59,179 nt of DNA from Rhodospirillales bacterium (lineage in GTDB: Bacteria > Pseudomonadota > Alphaproteobacteria > Rhodospirillales > UBA2165). Position numbers and translations under genes: made by a program. The stretch covers positions 1 through 59,179 of the forward strand of contig JABMOP010000605.1 of NCBI GenBank assembly GCA_013204125.1, in the 5' to 3' direction. Every line of letters starts with the position of its first letter. The first letter of the stretch is position 1. This document shows positions 35,453-43,985 of the stretch, in pieces. Under the pieces are notes generated by a model, which worked only from the letters and a program-made list of their open reading frames with translations, was not told where the DNA came from and searched no databases.

Positions 35453-36649
35453 TCATACTCCGATTCGAGTGTAGACTCGCTTTTCGCTTTCTATTGCGGC
35501 AAGTTTGAATTGACCGGACGTTGGATCCGGACAACTGTCATTGAGTGACATATTTTCATAATCAATTATTGATTTTTCATACTCTTCAATGGAAATTCTT
35601 CGGCGCGCGCTAAGGGCCTGCTCGACTTTCAATTGATCTGCCATTTCGGCCCAAGTGTCCCTGAATTCTCCACGTAGCAAAGCAGCTCCGCAGCCGGAAC
35701 CATAGGAAAACAAATAGCAGCCATCCAGATCCTCTTTTAATTTCGTAGGATCAGTGGTTTCGGACAAAGAAAATTCAAGCTGGCTGGCCAAAGACAGCCA
35801 CAGGCTGCCAGTGTAGATATTCCCGATGCGCGCGGAAAATCGGCAGGATCGCTCCACCTTGGCGACAAAATGTTGTTTCCAATCGATTTTTTCATCAATC
35901 ATTACGGCGATACGCGCGTGCACTTGCTGCACCAGCTTTGGATAGGGCGTATGGTAAATAAAGGCGGAATTGCCATTAATTTTTTCAAGGGCCCCAAAAC
36001 ACGAATTTGCAGCGTCGATATAGCATTGCGTAGAATACAAGCCGTCAACGATCGGGTAAATTTTATCGAGGGGTTTCCAAAAATCCCAAACTTGTCGGCT
36101 ATAGGTGCTTAATTCCTCGAGTGAAAGCAATCTGGGGTTTCTACTCAATAACATGGCGACGGCGCCGGCGCCTTGCGTTGGCTCACCCAAGCTTTCTTTG
36201 CCGTATCTGGCAATATCAGAAGCGATAACCAGCGCATATTTATTTTTTGGATTATGCAGCCAATCGAGCGCCGCCAAAACGCCATATGTGGCACCGGCAC
36301 AAGCGTGCACAATATCATAGGTCCGGCAGGATGTTGAGATTCCCAGCAAGTCATGCACATGAGCGGCTGTCGGTTTTGATTTGTCCACGGCGCTCTCGGT
36401 GCCGATAACCAACATTCCAACGTCTTCAGGAGACACCCCTGCCTCTTGCAATACTTTAAGGCCTGCGTTGGCGGCCAGCACGACGACGTCTTCGCTTGGC
36501 ATAGCAACCGCCGCGTTGTGGATTCCTATTCCTACCAAATATTTCTTAGCGTCAATATTTCTTGCCGCAGCCAAGTCGGTCAAATCGAGATACTGATCGG
36601 GAAAATAGACGGCAAGATGGTCCAACCCTATTACGTCTGTATTATTCAT
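35453..36649 (-). CDS. hydroxymethylglutaryl-CoA/ACP synthase family enzyme
   Basis: The N-terminus VIGLDHLAVYFPDQYLDLTDLAAARNIDAKKYLVGIGIHNAAV and the active-site Cys region IVHACAGATYGVL fit HMGS (MvaS/PksG-type). 398 aa. Confidence 0.8.
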   Translation of the reverse strand: MNNTDVIGLDHLAVYFPDQYLDLTDLAAARNIDAKKYLVGIGIHNAAVAMPSEDVVVLAANAGLKVLQEAGVSPEDVGMLVIGTESAVDKSKPTAAHVHDLLGISTSCRTYDIVHACAGATYGVLAALDWLHNPKNKYALVIASDIARYGKESLGEPTQGAGAVAMLLSRNPRLLSLEELSTYSRQVWDFWKPLDKIYPIVDGLYSTQCYIDAANSCFGALEKINGNSAFIYHTPYPKLVQQVHARIAVMIDEKIDWKQHFVAKVERSCRFSARIGNIYTGSLWLSLASQLEFSLSETTDPTKLKEDLDGCYLFSYGSGCGAALLRGEFRDTWAEMADQLKVEQALSARRRISIEEYEKSIIDYENMSLNDSCPDPTSGQFKLAAIESEKRVYTRIGV

Positions 36650-36702
36650 GGCGATGTAAAATTATTCATTTAATTGTCGTCGGTCTTTTATGCGGTGTTT
36701 GG

Positions 36703-37500
36703 TCATTCGCGCCAGGGCGACTGCGTGGGCGGGCGATCACACCAGATATATATATCTTCGGTCATTAGATCGGTTACGGCTTTTACAAAATTTCCCATTG
36801 AATAAGCATAAACATGGCCGGCACCAAGGGGATAATTTTTGACCAGATCAGTTTCGTCGAGGTGTTGGAAAATCCATTTTGTGTTGCTTCGCTCAATGCC
36901 GCAATCGCGGTACCACACATGTAAATAGAATGGCTCGACAGTCTTCTCACCGTCCCGCATCACCGGATGCATAAATTCCTTGGTATAGCGGTATGGAACG
37001 GCCATGATTTGCTCGACATGATGGACCGTACTGCAGGTGTGGCGTGGATATAGACCGATACTTATGCTCAATGTGTCCATGCTCGCCATTCTGCCCTCTG
37101 GCGTATTAGGGCCGAAGGCATGCCGCGAAACATTTTGCGTAATCTCCCCAGCCTGGGGGCCAATAGCGGCATAGGATACGAAAGGATGAAAACTGCGCAA
37201 GGCCTCGGGTTGGCGCCGCACGAACTCGGATAATTGTCCAACTTGGTAAACCGGCGTCGTGGCAGGGTCGAACACAATATCCGTATTGCAAAGATTGGTT
37301 GATCCCGTTGGCACCACCAACGTTCCTTCCGGCCCTAACAATTCCAGGAGCGCCTTGAAATGAGCTTCGAGTACCGCCGTTCCGCTCATATCTTCGTAAA
37401 CCATCAGAGGCACGAGATCAGAGGTCACGTAAACAACGCTGGCCTGATCAACGCCCAGTGCTGCATAGGTTTCAAGAATATCGTCGAAAGAATATGCCAT
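36703..37500 (-). CDS. AAC(3)/Antibiotic_NAT-family N-acyltransferase
   Basis: LGVDQASVVYVTSDL, GPEGTLVVPTGS, ALRSFHPFVSYAAIGPQAGEI. ATG 37500 leaves a 2-nt gap to the upstream stop. The ORF-track start at 37539 would overlap. Confidence 0.75.
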   Translation of the reverse strand: MAYSFDDILETYAALGVDQASVVYVTSDLVPLMVYEDMSGTAVLEAHFKALLELLGPEGTLVVPTGSTNLCNTDIVFDPATTPVYQVGQLSEFVRRQPEALRSFHPFVSYAAIGPQAGEITQNVSRHAFGPNTPEGRMASMDTLSISIGLYPRHTCSTVHHVEQIMAVPYRYTKEFMHPVMRDGEKTVEPFYLHVWYRDCGIERSNTKWIFQHLDETDLVKNYPLGAGHVYAYSMGNFVKAVTDLMTEDIYIWCDRPPTQSPWRE

Positions 37501-37502
37501 CT

Positions 37503-38828
37503 TTAACCATCTTGCCAAACCGTGTGGCGCAAAGACCAAGCGGCGTTTTCATATTTCCATAGATGCGGTGATCGAAATCGATCCGCTAGATGAAGTAAAT
37601 AATCCTTGTCCATTATCGGCTGCTCGAACATGGATGAGGCGCCCGGAAATTGTTTTTCCGGAATACTCAGATAGTTCATAAGCTCATCAATGAATCGCTC
37701 GGGAAACTCGCCATCATAGCGGCGTACCAGGGCGATGCCTTCCTCCCTATTTATATCGCCGGAACGAATTTCCTGGGCGGCGTCATAGGTCGCTCGCCCA
37801 ATGCCGAACTTTATGTAAGTCGTGAAGTAGTGGAGATCGTCGATTTTGTCATCGATGCTGTTATATTTACTATATGTGCCTGGCGTTCGCTCCGGCGAAG
37901 CTTCAAATCCCCCATGTTCAACGGCGTAAAAATAACAAGTCTGCGGATGCCATTTAAGATAATAACCTAGATAATGGACTTCCGTTTGCGCCTTTTCCAA
38001 TTCGCTGACACGGGCCGGTATATAGGGTTGTAGTTCATGCCGATCGACATCAAAATATCGAACTAAGTCGCGCAACGATACTCCACTCAAAAATAATTTT
38101 TCCTCATCTTCAACTGAATAGTATTCGGATTCTCGTTGTGATACTTCGTTATCAGCATTTGGATTACCATATTCCGCTTCGTTCTCTCCATAAAACACCA
38201 ACGGAATATCGTGCAGAACCGACATTTTTGGCGCAATGGCTTTTTGGCCAATTATGAACGGCTGAAACGGATGAAACAGGTTTTCGATAGCCAACCGTGT
38301 CAATATTCGATGAACACGTCCGTTTGGCGTTACCAGAGTATTGTCAAATCCAGAATGCAGCCACGCTTCAAAATTACGCCAGCCCCAATCGGTATAAATA
38401 TGCGGCGCCCAAGTAACCGTAAGAGGATGCATTCCGTATTTATATTTCAGAACGTGAGAGGCGTAAAAACTATCCTTACCCCCGGAACCGGGAACGATAC
38501 AGTCATAGCTGCCGTCATTTTTCCGAAATTTATTGCATAGGTCGATCAGCTGCTTTTCGCGCTCATCCCAGTCTATCTCATTTTGTTTTTTATGCGCCGC
38601 TCGACAAGGATCGCAAATGCCATTTTCGTCTATGTAGATTGTCGACTTTTTGCTTTTTATGTCGTGCTGGTACTCGACTGCCGAATTCGGGCGCTGATTT
38701 GAAATAATACAAGATTTGCAAAACCGCACATCTTCCGGCAGGCCATATTTAGCAGGTAAGGGCTTGGTCCCAGCGACGTTGGTAAATGGCGATATGTCCT
38801 CATTTTTAGGTCTGGGATAAGGTTGCAT
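37503..38828 (-). CDS. N-acetyl sugar amidotransferase (PP-loop, WbuX/PseA-like), copy 2
   Basis: CKSCIISNQRP...CDPC, VPGSGGKDS, HPFQPFIIGQK. Start uncertain (ATG 38828, 38903 or 38933). 38828 avoids a 77-nt overlap with the upstream gene. Confidence 0.8.
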   Translation of the reverse strand: MQPYPRPKNEDISPFTNVAGTKPLPAKYGLPEDVRFCKSCIISNQRPNSAVEYQHDIKSKKSTIYIDENGICDPCRAAHKKQNEIDWDEREKQLIDLCNKFRKNDGSYDCIVPGSGGKDSFYASHVLKYKYGMHPLTVTWAPHIYTDWGWRNFEAWLHSGFDNTLVTPNGRVHRILTRLAIENLFHPFQPFIIGQKAIAPKMSVLHDIPLVFYGENEAEYGNPNADNEVSQRESEYYSVEDEEKLFLSGVSLRDLVRYFDVDRHELQPYIPARVSELEKAQTEVHYLGYYLKWHPQTCYFYAVEHGGFEASPERTPGTYSKYNSIDDKIDDLHYFTTYIKFGIGRATYDAAQEIRSGDINREEGIALVRRYDGEFPERFIDELMNYLSIPEKQFPGASSMFEQPIMDKDYLLHLADRFRSPHLWKYENAAWSLRHTVWQDG

Positions 38829-38856
38829 TCGATCTTCGGTCCTCGCGGGTTTGCGG

Positions 38857-39909
38857 TCATGGAAATATTTTTGAAAATTCGTAATTGGCTCGCTGGAAAT
38901 CATCGATCTTCCCCACGTCGATCCAATATTCACGAACCGGAAAAACAGTGGATTTCATCCCAGTTCCTATAATCAGTTTGAACAGGTCCGTCATGTCCAG
39001 ATGTTCGTCTTTTACGATCAATTTGAGGATTTCAGGCTCGAGAACATAGATCCCCGCATTAACAAAAGACGTGTAAACCGGCTTTTCCTCTAGGTCGACA
39101 ACATATTGGTTGTCGATGGTTACCACGCCAAAGGGAACCTGGTAATCGTATTCACGCACGCACATGGTAGCCTGTGCGCCTTGTTCTTTATGAAAATCAA
39201 GAAGGTTATTGAAGTTTACGTTGGTCAACACATCGCCGTTCATTACAATTAACGGCTCGTTCAGATCCTCGACCGGCAGCAAACCGAGTGCGCCGGCAGT
39301 TCCCAGTTGGCTATCTTCCACCAGATATTGAATGTTCACATTCCAGTGGTCACCATTACCAAAATGCTCCTTGATCATTTCGGCTCGATAATTCACGGAT
39401 AAATAGAATTTGTAAAAATTACCATCAATAAAGGTTTTAAGTATGGTCTCGAGAACTGGATATCCGCCGACTTTCAGAAGGGGTTTGGGCCTATTTTCTG
39501 TCATTGGCATAAGTCGATGACCCAACCCGCCCGCCATAAGAATTACGCGATTATTATTTCTATCGTTCGTTTCTAAAAGCTCATCTTCGATGGTGAGTCC
39601 GACAATTTGCGACTGGGCGTTAATAATTGGAAGCTGGCGAACAGAATTCGATCTCATTATTTCGAGCATTCGCTGTTTGCCATCGTCGGGCTTAGCGACC
39701 GTGAATTCACGACGCATTATTTCTATAACTGGGGATTCCAACGAAAGGCTGCGGATTAGGCCGCGGCGAACATCACCATCGGTAACGGTTCCAATGAGTG
39801 CATCATTTTTGTCAACGACCAAGCAAACCTTTTCCACACAGTCGTCGATGATGCGGATAGCATCCGCTATTGTATGATCCGCAGAGACAACGGTCTTCTT
39901 CCATCTCAT
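38857..39909 (-). CDS. tandem-CBS-domain sugar-phosphate nucleotidyltransferase (PtmE-like)
   Basis: N-terminal CBS pair, then VILMAGGLGHRLMPMTENRPKPLLKVGGYPVLE. Confidence 0.8.
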   Translation of the reverse strand: MRWKKTVVSADHTIADAIRIIDDCVEKVCLVVDKNDALIGTVTDGDVRRGLIRSLSLESPVIEIMRREFTVAKPDDGKQRMLEIMRSNSVRQLPIINAQSQIVGLTIEDELLETNDRNNNRVILMAGGLGHRLMPMTENRPKPLLKVGGYPVLETILKTFIDGNFYKFYLSVNYRAEMIKEHFGNGDHWNVNIQYLVEDSQLGTAGALGLLPVEDLNEPLIVMNGDVLTNVNFNNLLDFHKEQGAQATMCVREYDYQVPFGVVTIDNQYVVDLEEKPVYTSFVNAGIYVLEPEILKLIVKDEHLDMTDLFKLIIGTGMKSTVFPVREYWIDVGKIDDFQRANYEFSKIFP

Positions 39910-39911
39910 AA

Positions 39912-40565
39912 TTAAGATTCTTTCCCTATAGGTCCGGCAGGCCGCGCCGGAACACCAAAAACGGTTGCCCGAGCCGGTACGTCCCGGATCACGAGTGCGC
40001 CTGCGCCAATTACTGCACCGTCACCAATGTGAATATTCTGGATGGTTGTACTTGCACATCCGATATGACATCCGTCTCCAATTGTGACGCCGCCTGAAAT
40101 GATTGCTCCTGGCGCAATATGCACATGATCGCCGACATAATTGTCATGGTCGACAACCGCGCCACTGTTGATCAGGCTATTGTCACCGAGACGGGTGCCG
40201 GGTTGGATCACAGCTCCGGCCATAATCTGAACGCCTTCTCCGATGTCGCAGTCGGACGCGATTGACGCGGACGGGTGAACCACGGCTACAAAATCGAAAT
40301 TTCTCATTTTGAAGTGATCGAAAATTCTTTGGCGGTCGCCGGTGTCTTTGGTGGAACCGATCCCGTTGACCAATGAAATATCAGATGGGGCGATTTTATC
40401 TAAATACTCGTCACCACCTATCACCGTAACGCCATGAACCAGAGAGCCATGAAGGCTGGAATTTGCATCCAATAGGCCCGTTATTTCAATGGAATTAAGC
40501 TTAAGGGCTTCGATCAGAACTTTTCCGTGTCCACCCGCACCAATTATAATGACGGGGCGGCTCAC
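39912..40565 (-). CDS. NeuD/PglD-family hexapeptide-repeat amino-sugar N-acetyltransferase
   Basis: VIIIGAGGHGKVLIEAL N-terminal Rossmann-like part, followed by left-handed beta-helix repeats (IGEGVQI, IGDGCHI, IGDGAVI). Confidence 0.85.
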   Translation of the reverse strand: MSRPVIIIGAGGHGKVLIEALKLNSIEITGLLDANSSLHGSLVHGVTVIGGDEYLDKIAPSDISLVNGIGSTKDTGDRQRIFDHFKMRNFDFVAVVHPSASIASDCDIGEGVQIMAGAVIQPGTRLGDNSLINSGAVVDHDNYVGDHVHIAPGAIISGGVTIGDGCHIGCASTTIQNIHIGDGAVIGAGALVIRDVPARATVFGVPARPAGPIGKES

Positions 40566-41635
40566 GATTCAATAATCTCATCGGGGGCATAATTCCGTGA
40601 AGCAACGCGGCCCAGCCAGTCCCAATAGTGCATCGGAGAAATGCCCGTGCCGGGACGTTTGGAAGTCAAATTTTCCGAGGTAAATCGCTCTCCCATTTTT
40701 ATCGCCCGCGCGGCCACTAGGCTACGGCGAGCGGCTTGGGCGTTGCCATTTTCCGACGCCGTCGGTGCCTTAATTCCGTCGCCAAGGGATGAGGCTGCAT
40801 TGCGGATAGCGGAAATCATACCAACAAGTTCCGGCGGCTCTAGCGAAGCCAAATGATCCGGACCAGATAAAGTTCGGTCCATAGTAAAATGTTTTTCTAT
40901 TACTTCGGCGCCGAGGGATACAGCAGCAATCGCAATTTCCGATCCTAGCGTGTGGTCGGAATATCCCACGGGTAGGCCGAATACATCGCGCATATGATCC
41001 ATTGCACGTAAATTAACTTCCTCCATTGGCGCCGGGTATTCGGTGGTGCAGTGGAGCAGCGTAACCTTTTCCAGAAGAACCTTTTTCCCTTCCTCAGAAG
41101 CATAGGCCTCTTCGAAGCCACCCCTATTTGGATCATCACCGCCGTCAATATAGCCGAATGCAAGGACGCCGAGAGCAGCCTCAATATCCGAGAGATCGGC
41201 CATCCCCGTTGATAAAATTATCGGCTTTCCCGTTTCCGCCGCTTCCAATAACAAGTGCCCGTTGGTCAACTCTCCAGATGCAATCTTAATCAATGGAACA
41301 TCAAGATCGTCGGTAAGGAAATGCAGGCTATCGACATCAAATGGAGTAGAGAGAAATGTGATCCGCTTTTTACTGCAGTAATTTGCCAATTCATGAAATG
41401 ACTGGCGATCCAGCTGAAGACGGCGCAATAAATCCAACTGGCTTTCCGCATTTTTCGTATTTCGTGTTTGATATTCCGCTTTCGCCGCACTCGCAGTTAC
41501 AATCTGTTCAGGTTGATAGGTCTGAAACTTTACCGCATCTGCACCGGCGCCAGCGGCGACGTCGATCATTTGAAGTGCAATATCCAAATCACCGCAATGA
41601 TTAACACCCGCTTCAGCAATGATAAAGGGGATCAA
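40562..41635 (-). CDS. neuB: NeuB-family nonulosonic acid synthase (copy 2, LegI-like by context)
   Basis: FIIAEAGVNHCGD, GADAVKFQTY, GYSDHT, C-terminal SAF domain. 4-nt overlaps on both sides. Confidence 0.9.
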   Translation of the reverse strand: MIPFIIAEAGVNHCGDLDIALQMIDVAAGAGADAVKFQTYQPEQIVTASAAKAEYQTRNTKNAESQLDLLRRLQLDRQSFHELANYCSKKRITFLSTPFDVDSLHFLTDDLDVPLIKIASGELTNGHLLLEAAETGKPIILSTGMADLSDIEAALGVLAFGYIDGGDDPNRGGFEEAYASEEGKKVLLEKVTLLHCTTEYPAPMEEVNLRAMDHMRDVFGLPVGYSDHTLGSEIAIAAVSLGAEVIEKHFTMDRTLSGPDHLASLEPPELVGMISAIRNAASSLGDGIKAPTASENGNAQAARRSLVAARAIKMGERFTSENLTSKRPGTGISPMHYWDWLGRVASRNYAPDEIIES

Positions 41636-42819
41636 TTCGTTAATTGTATTTTGCCTGGCAGGTCAAAAAATTTCTTCCGTTTAAGCACGGCTAAGTCACA
41701 ATCCTCCAAATACCGGGTGATCGCTTTCGCCGTACCACCTTTGCCAAAAGGTGTTTCTTGGTTTCGGATGCTGGCGCGAAATTCGGCGTCTTTGGTTTTA
41801 TCGATCGCCCGCCGAATCTCTATTTTACTTGCGCCACAATCTATAACCGACGTTGCTCGGAGTCTGCCGCGTTGGCGATCCCCGATATTAACGGTAGGCA
41901 CCTTCATGATTGGCGCCTCGATCACGCCACTCGATGAATTTCCAAGCACGGCCGTCGCCAGCGCCATCAACGATAGATAGTTTCGCAGCCCGAGTGAATC
42001 ATACAAAGTGGCTTGTCCGGGGTGATTTTTTACGTACTCGTGAATTAATTCATTGATCTGCGAGTATCCGGGATCGGCATTTACTCCAGTAAAAATTACA
42101 TTCGATTCGCTGCGTTCATTGAGCGCCTCAAGCAAGGCCGAAATCCCATCTTTCCCACTGTTCTTTTCGAGAGTTTCAGGATGGTATGTTACGAGAAAAA
42201 CTGATTCCTTGAGTTGGATTTTTAGAATTTTTTCAAGTTCCGACTGGTCCAGTAAATCGGCACCAAGCACATTGTCTACGGCCAAGGCGCCAACATTCAA
42301 CACGCGCTCTGGATTTTCGCCCAACTGGATTACTCTCCGCGAATATTCTTCACTCGCAGTAAAATGCAGAGAGGCCAATTTTGTGATCGCATGGCGGAGA
42401 GAATCATCCATAGCCGCTTCGGTAATTTCACCACCCTGAATGTGAGCAAGGCTAATACCCTGAATGAAGGCTGCCTGAGAAGCCGCAAACATTTCATAAC
42501 GATCGCCAAAAGCGACCATAATATCCGGCTTTAATCGGTCCAAGGCCAGGGCCATGGCCGAAACGCCTTCACCGGTGGCTACGGCGACCGAAAGGGCGGA
42601 ATCATCCGCCGGTTCAATTCCAACTCTTTCGTCGATGTGTAGTCCATCCTCGGTTATTTCCGCCACTGTATTGCCAAACCGGGGCGACAAATGAGAACCG
42701 GTAACAACTAGTTGCAAAATCAGGCTTTGATTGAGATTTATTTCGTGAAGCAAGCTTCGCATATGGCCAAAATCGGCGCGCGTACCGGTCACAACGCATA
42801 TTCTTCTGGGCGTTAACAT
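41632..42819 (-). CDS. neuC: UDP-sugar 2-epimerase (hydrolysing), NeuC/LegG-like
   Basis: ICVVTGTRADFGHMRSLL, LQLVVTGSHLSPRFGNT, HIQGGEITEAAMDDSLRHAITKLASLHF. Confidence 0.9.
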   Translation of the reverse strand: MLTPRRICVVTGTRADFGHMRSLLHEINLNQSLILQLVVTGSHLSPRFGNTVAEITEDGLHIDERVGIEPADDSALSVAVATGEGVSAMALALDRLKPDIMVAFGDRYEMFAASQAAFIQGISLAHIQGGEITEAAMDDSLRHAITKLASLHFTASEEYSRRVIQLGENPERVLNVGALAVDNVLGADLLDQSELEKILKIQLKESVFLVTYHPETLEKNSGKDGISALLEALNERSESNVIFTGVNADPGYSQINELIHEYVKNHPGQATLYDSLGLRNYLSLMALATAVLGNSSSGVIEAPIMKVPTVNIGDRQRGRLRATSVIDCGASKIEIRRAIDKTKDAEFRASIRNQETPFGKGGTAKAITRYLEDCDLAVLKRKKFFDLPGKIQLTN

Positions 42820-43964
42820 TAAATCGTTTTTACCCCGCGACGCAGGGCATCAATGACCCGTTCCTGATCAATCTCGGTTAAAGCAGTCGAGCAAGGAAGC
42901 GTAACAATCCTTTGCCATAAATCTTCGCAAACTCTTTGCTCTGTCTTCGGCGCCGTTAGATAAGGTTTTTGCAAGTGCACCGGACACCAAAAAGGGCGAC
43001 TGTCAATGTCTGCATCCCGCAGAAATTTACGGAGTTGATCGGCAGCTTTGACATCAGCCGCAACCAGCCCGGAATACCAGCAAGCTCCCAAAACCGAGGG
43101 TATCGAAGGAAATGGTTCTAGTTGAGGCAATTCCGCTATCGCCGCGTCGTAGCGCCGCCGAATCAACTGCTTGGCGATTGTAAAATCCGTCAATCGCTCA
43201 ATCTGGGCGCACCCGACGGCGGCGGCAAGATTTGTCATTCGGTAGTTAAAGCCAACTTGATCATGACTGTAGCCATCTCCCCGGCGCGCGGTTGTCGTCA
43301 GGTGCCTCACTTTTGCCAATAGATCTTCAACATTCCCACTGACGGCCCCTCCGCCGCCCGCGGTAATTGTCTTATTGCCGTTGAAAGAATAAACCGTCAA
43401 ATCCGCGCCCAAATGACCCACGGGCCGGCCTTTATATGTAGCGCCTATGGCGGCCGCTGCATCGGCGATGACGGGAATATTTAAACTTTTAGCAAGCGGA
43501 ACCAGCTCATCCATATCAGCGGGTAGGCCGAGCACATAGACCGGCAAAATGGCAGCGACTCTCCGGCCCGTCGGCTTATGAAATGTCCCCCCTGAGCGTT
43601 GTTCACACTCCGTCAGCAATCGTTCCCGCAGCAGGTTAATATTCACTGTCCAGGTCGTCGAATCTACATCGAACAACCACGGAACCGCACCACAGTAATC
43701 AATTGCGTTGGCGCTAGCGATGAACGTGTAGCTCGGCAAAATCACTAAATCGTCACGGGCCACTCCCAACGCCTTTAGCGCAACATGTATGCCAGCTGTG
43801 CCAGTCGAAGTGGCCACGGAAAATTTGTTCCCAACCGCCTGACCGATAAGATTTTCAAAACGATCAACGAACGGTCCGACAGAAGAAACATAGTTACTGT
43901 CAATACATTCTTGAAGGTATTTGGCTTCATTGCCGGTGAGTTCTGGAACCGCTAAGGGAATCAA
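42819..43964 (-). CDS. DegT/DnrJ/EryC1-family PLP-dependent sugar aminotransferase (LegC/PglE-like)
   Basis: GNEAKYLQECIDSNYVSSVGPFV, SFNGNKTITAGGGGAV (PLP lysine). Confidence 0.9.
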   Translation of the reverse strand: MIPLAVPELTGNEAKYLQECIDSNYVSSVGPFVDRFENLIGQAVGNKFSVATSTGTAGIHVALKALGVARDDLVILPSYTFIASANAIDYCGAVPWLFDVDSTTWTVNINLLRERLLTECEQRSGGTFHKPTGRRVAAILPVYVLGLPADMDELVPLAKSLNIPVIADAAAAIGATYKGRPVGHLGADLTVYSFNGNKTITAGGGGAVSGNVEDLLAKVRHLTTTARRGDGYSHDQVGFNYRMTNLAAAVGCAQIERLTDFTIAKQLIRRRYDAAIAELPQLEPFPSIPSVLGACWYSGLVAADVKAADQLRKFLRDADIDSRPFWCPVHLQKPYLTAPKTEQRVCEDLWQRIVTLPCSTALTEIDQERVIDALRRGVKTI

Positions 43965-43985
43965 TTAAATTTCCTTGGTCTCTGC

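Noticed and set aside
35453-37500. Reading the HMGS gene as a mevalonate-pathway mvaS, and the AAC(3)-family gene as an aminoglycoside-resistance determinant.
   Set aside because: The window has no HMG-CoA reductase, thiolase or mevalonate kinases. The genes are operonic with an ACP, KAS III, a MaoC dehydratase and amino-sugar genes, so a biosynthetic acyl-transfer role fits better. A phylogeny is still needed.
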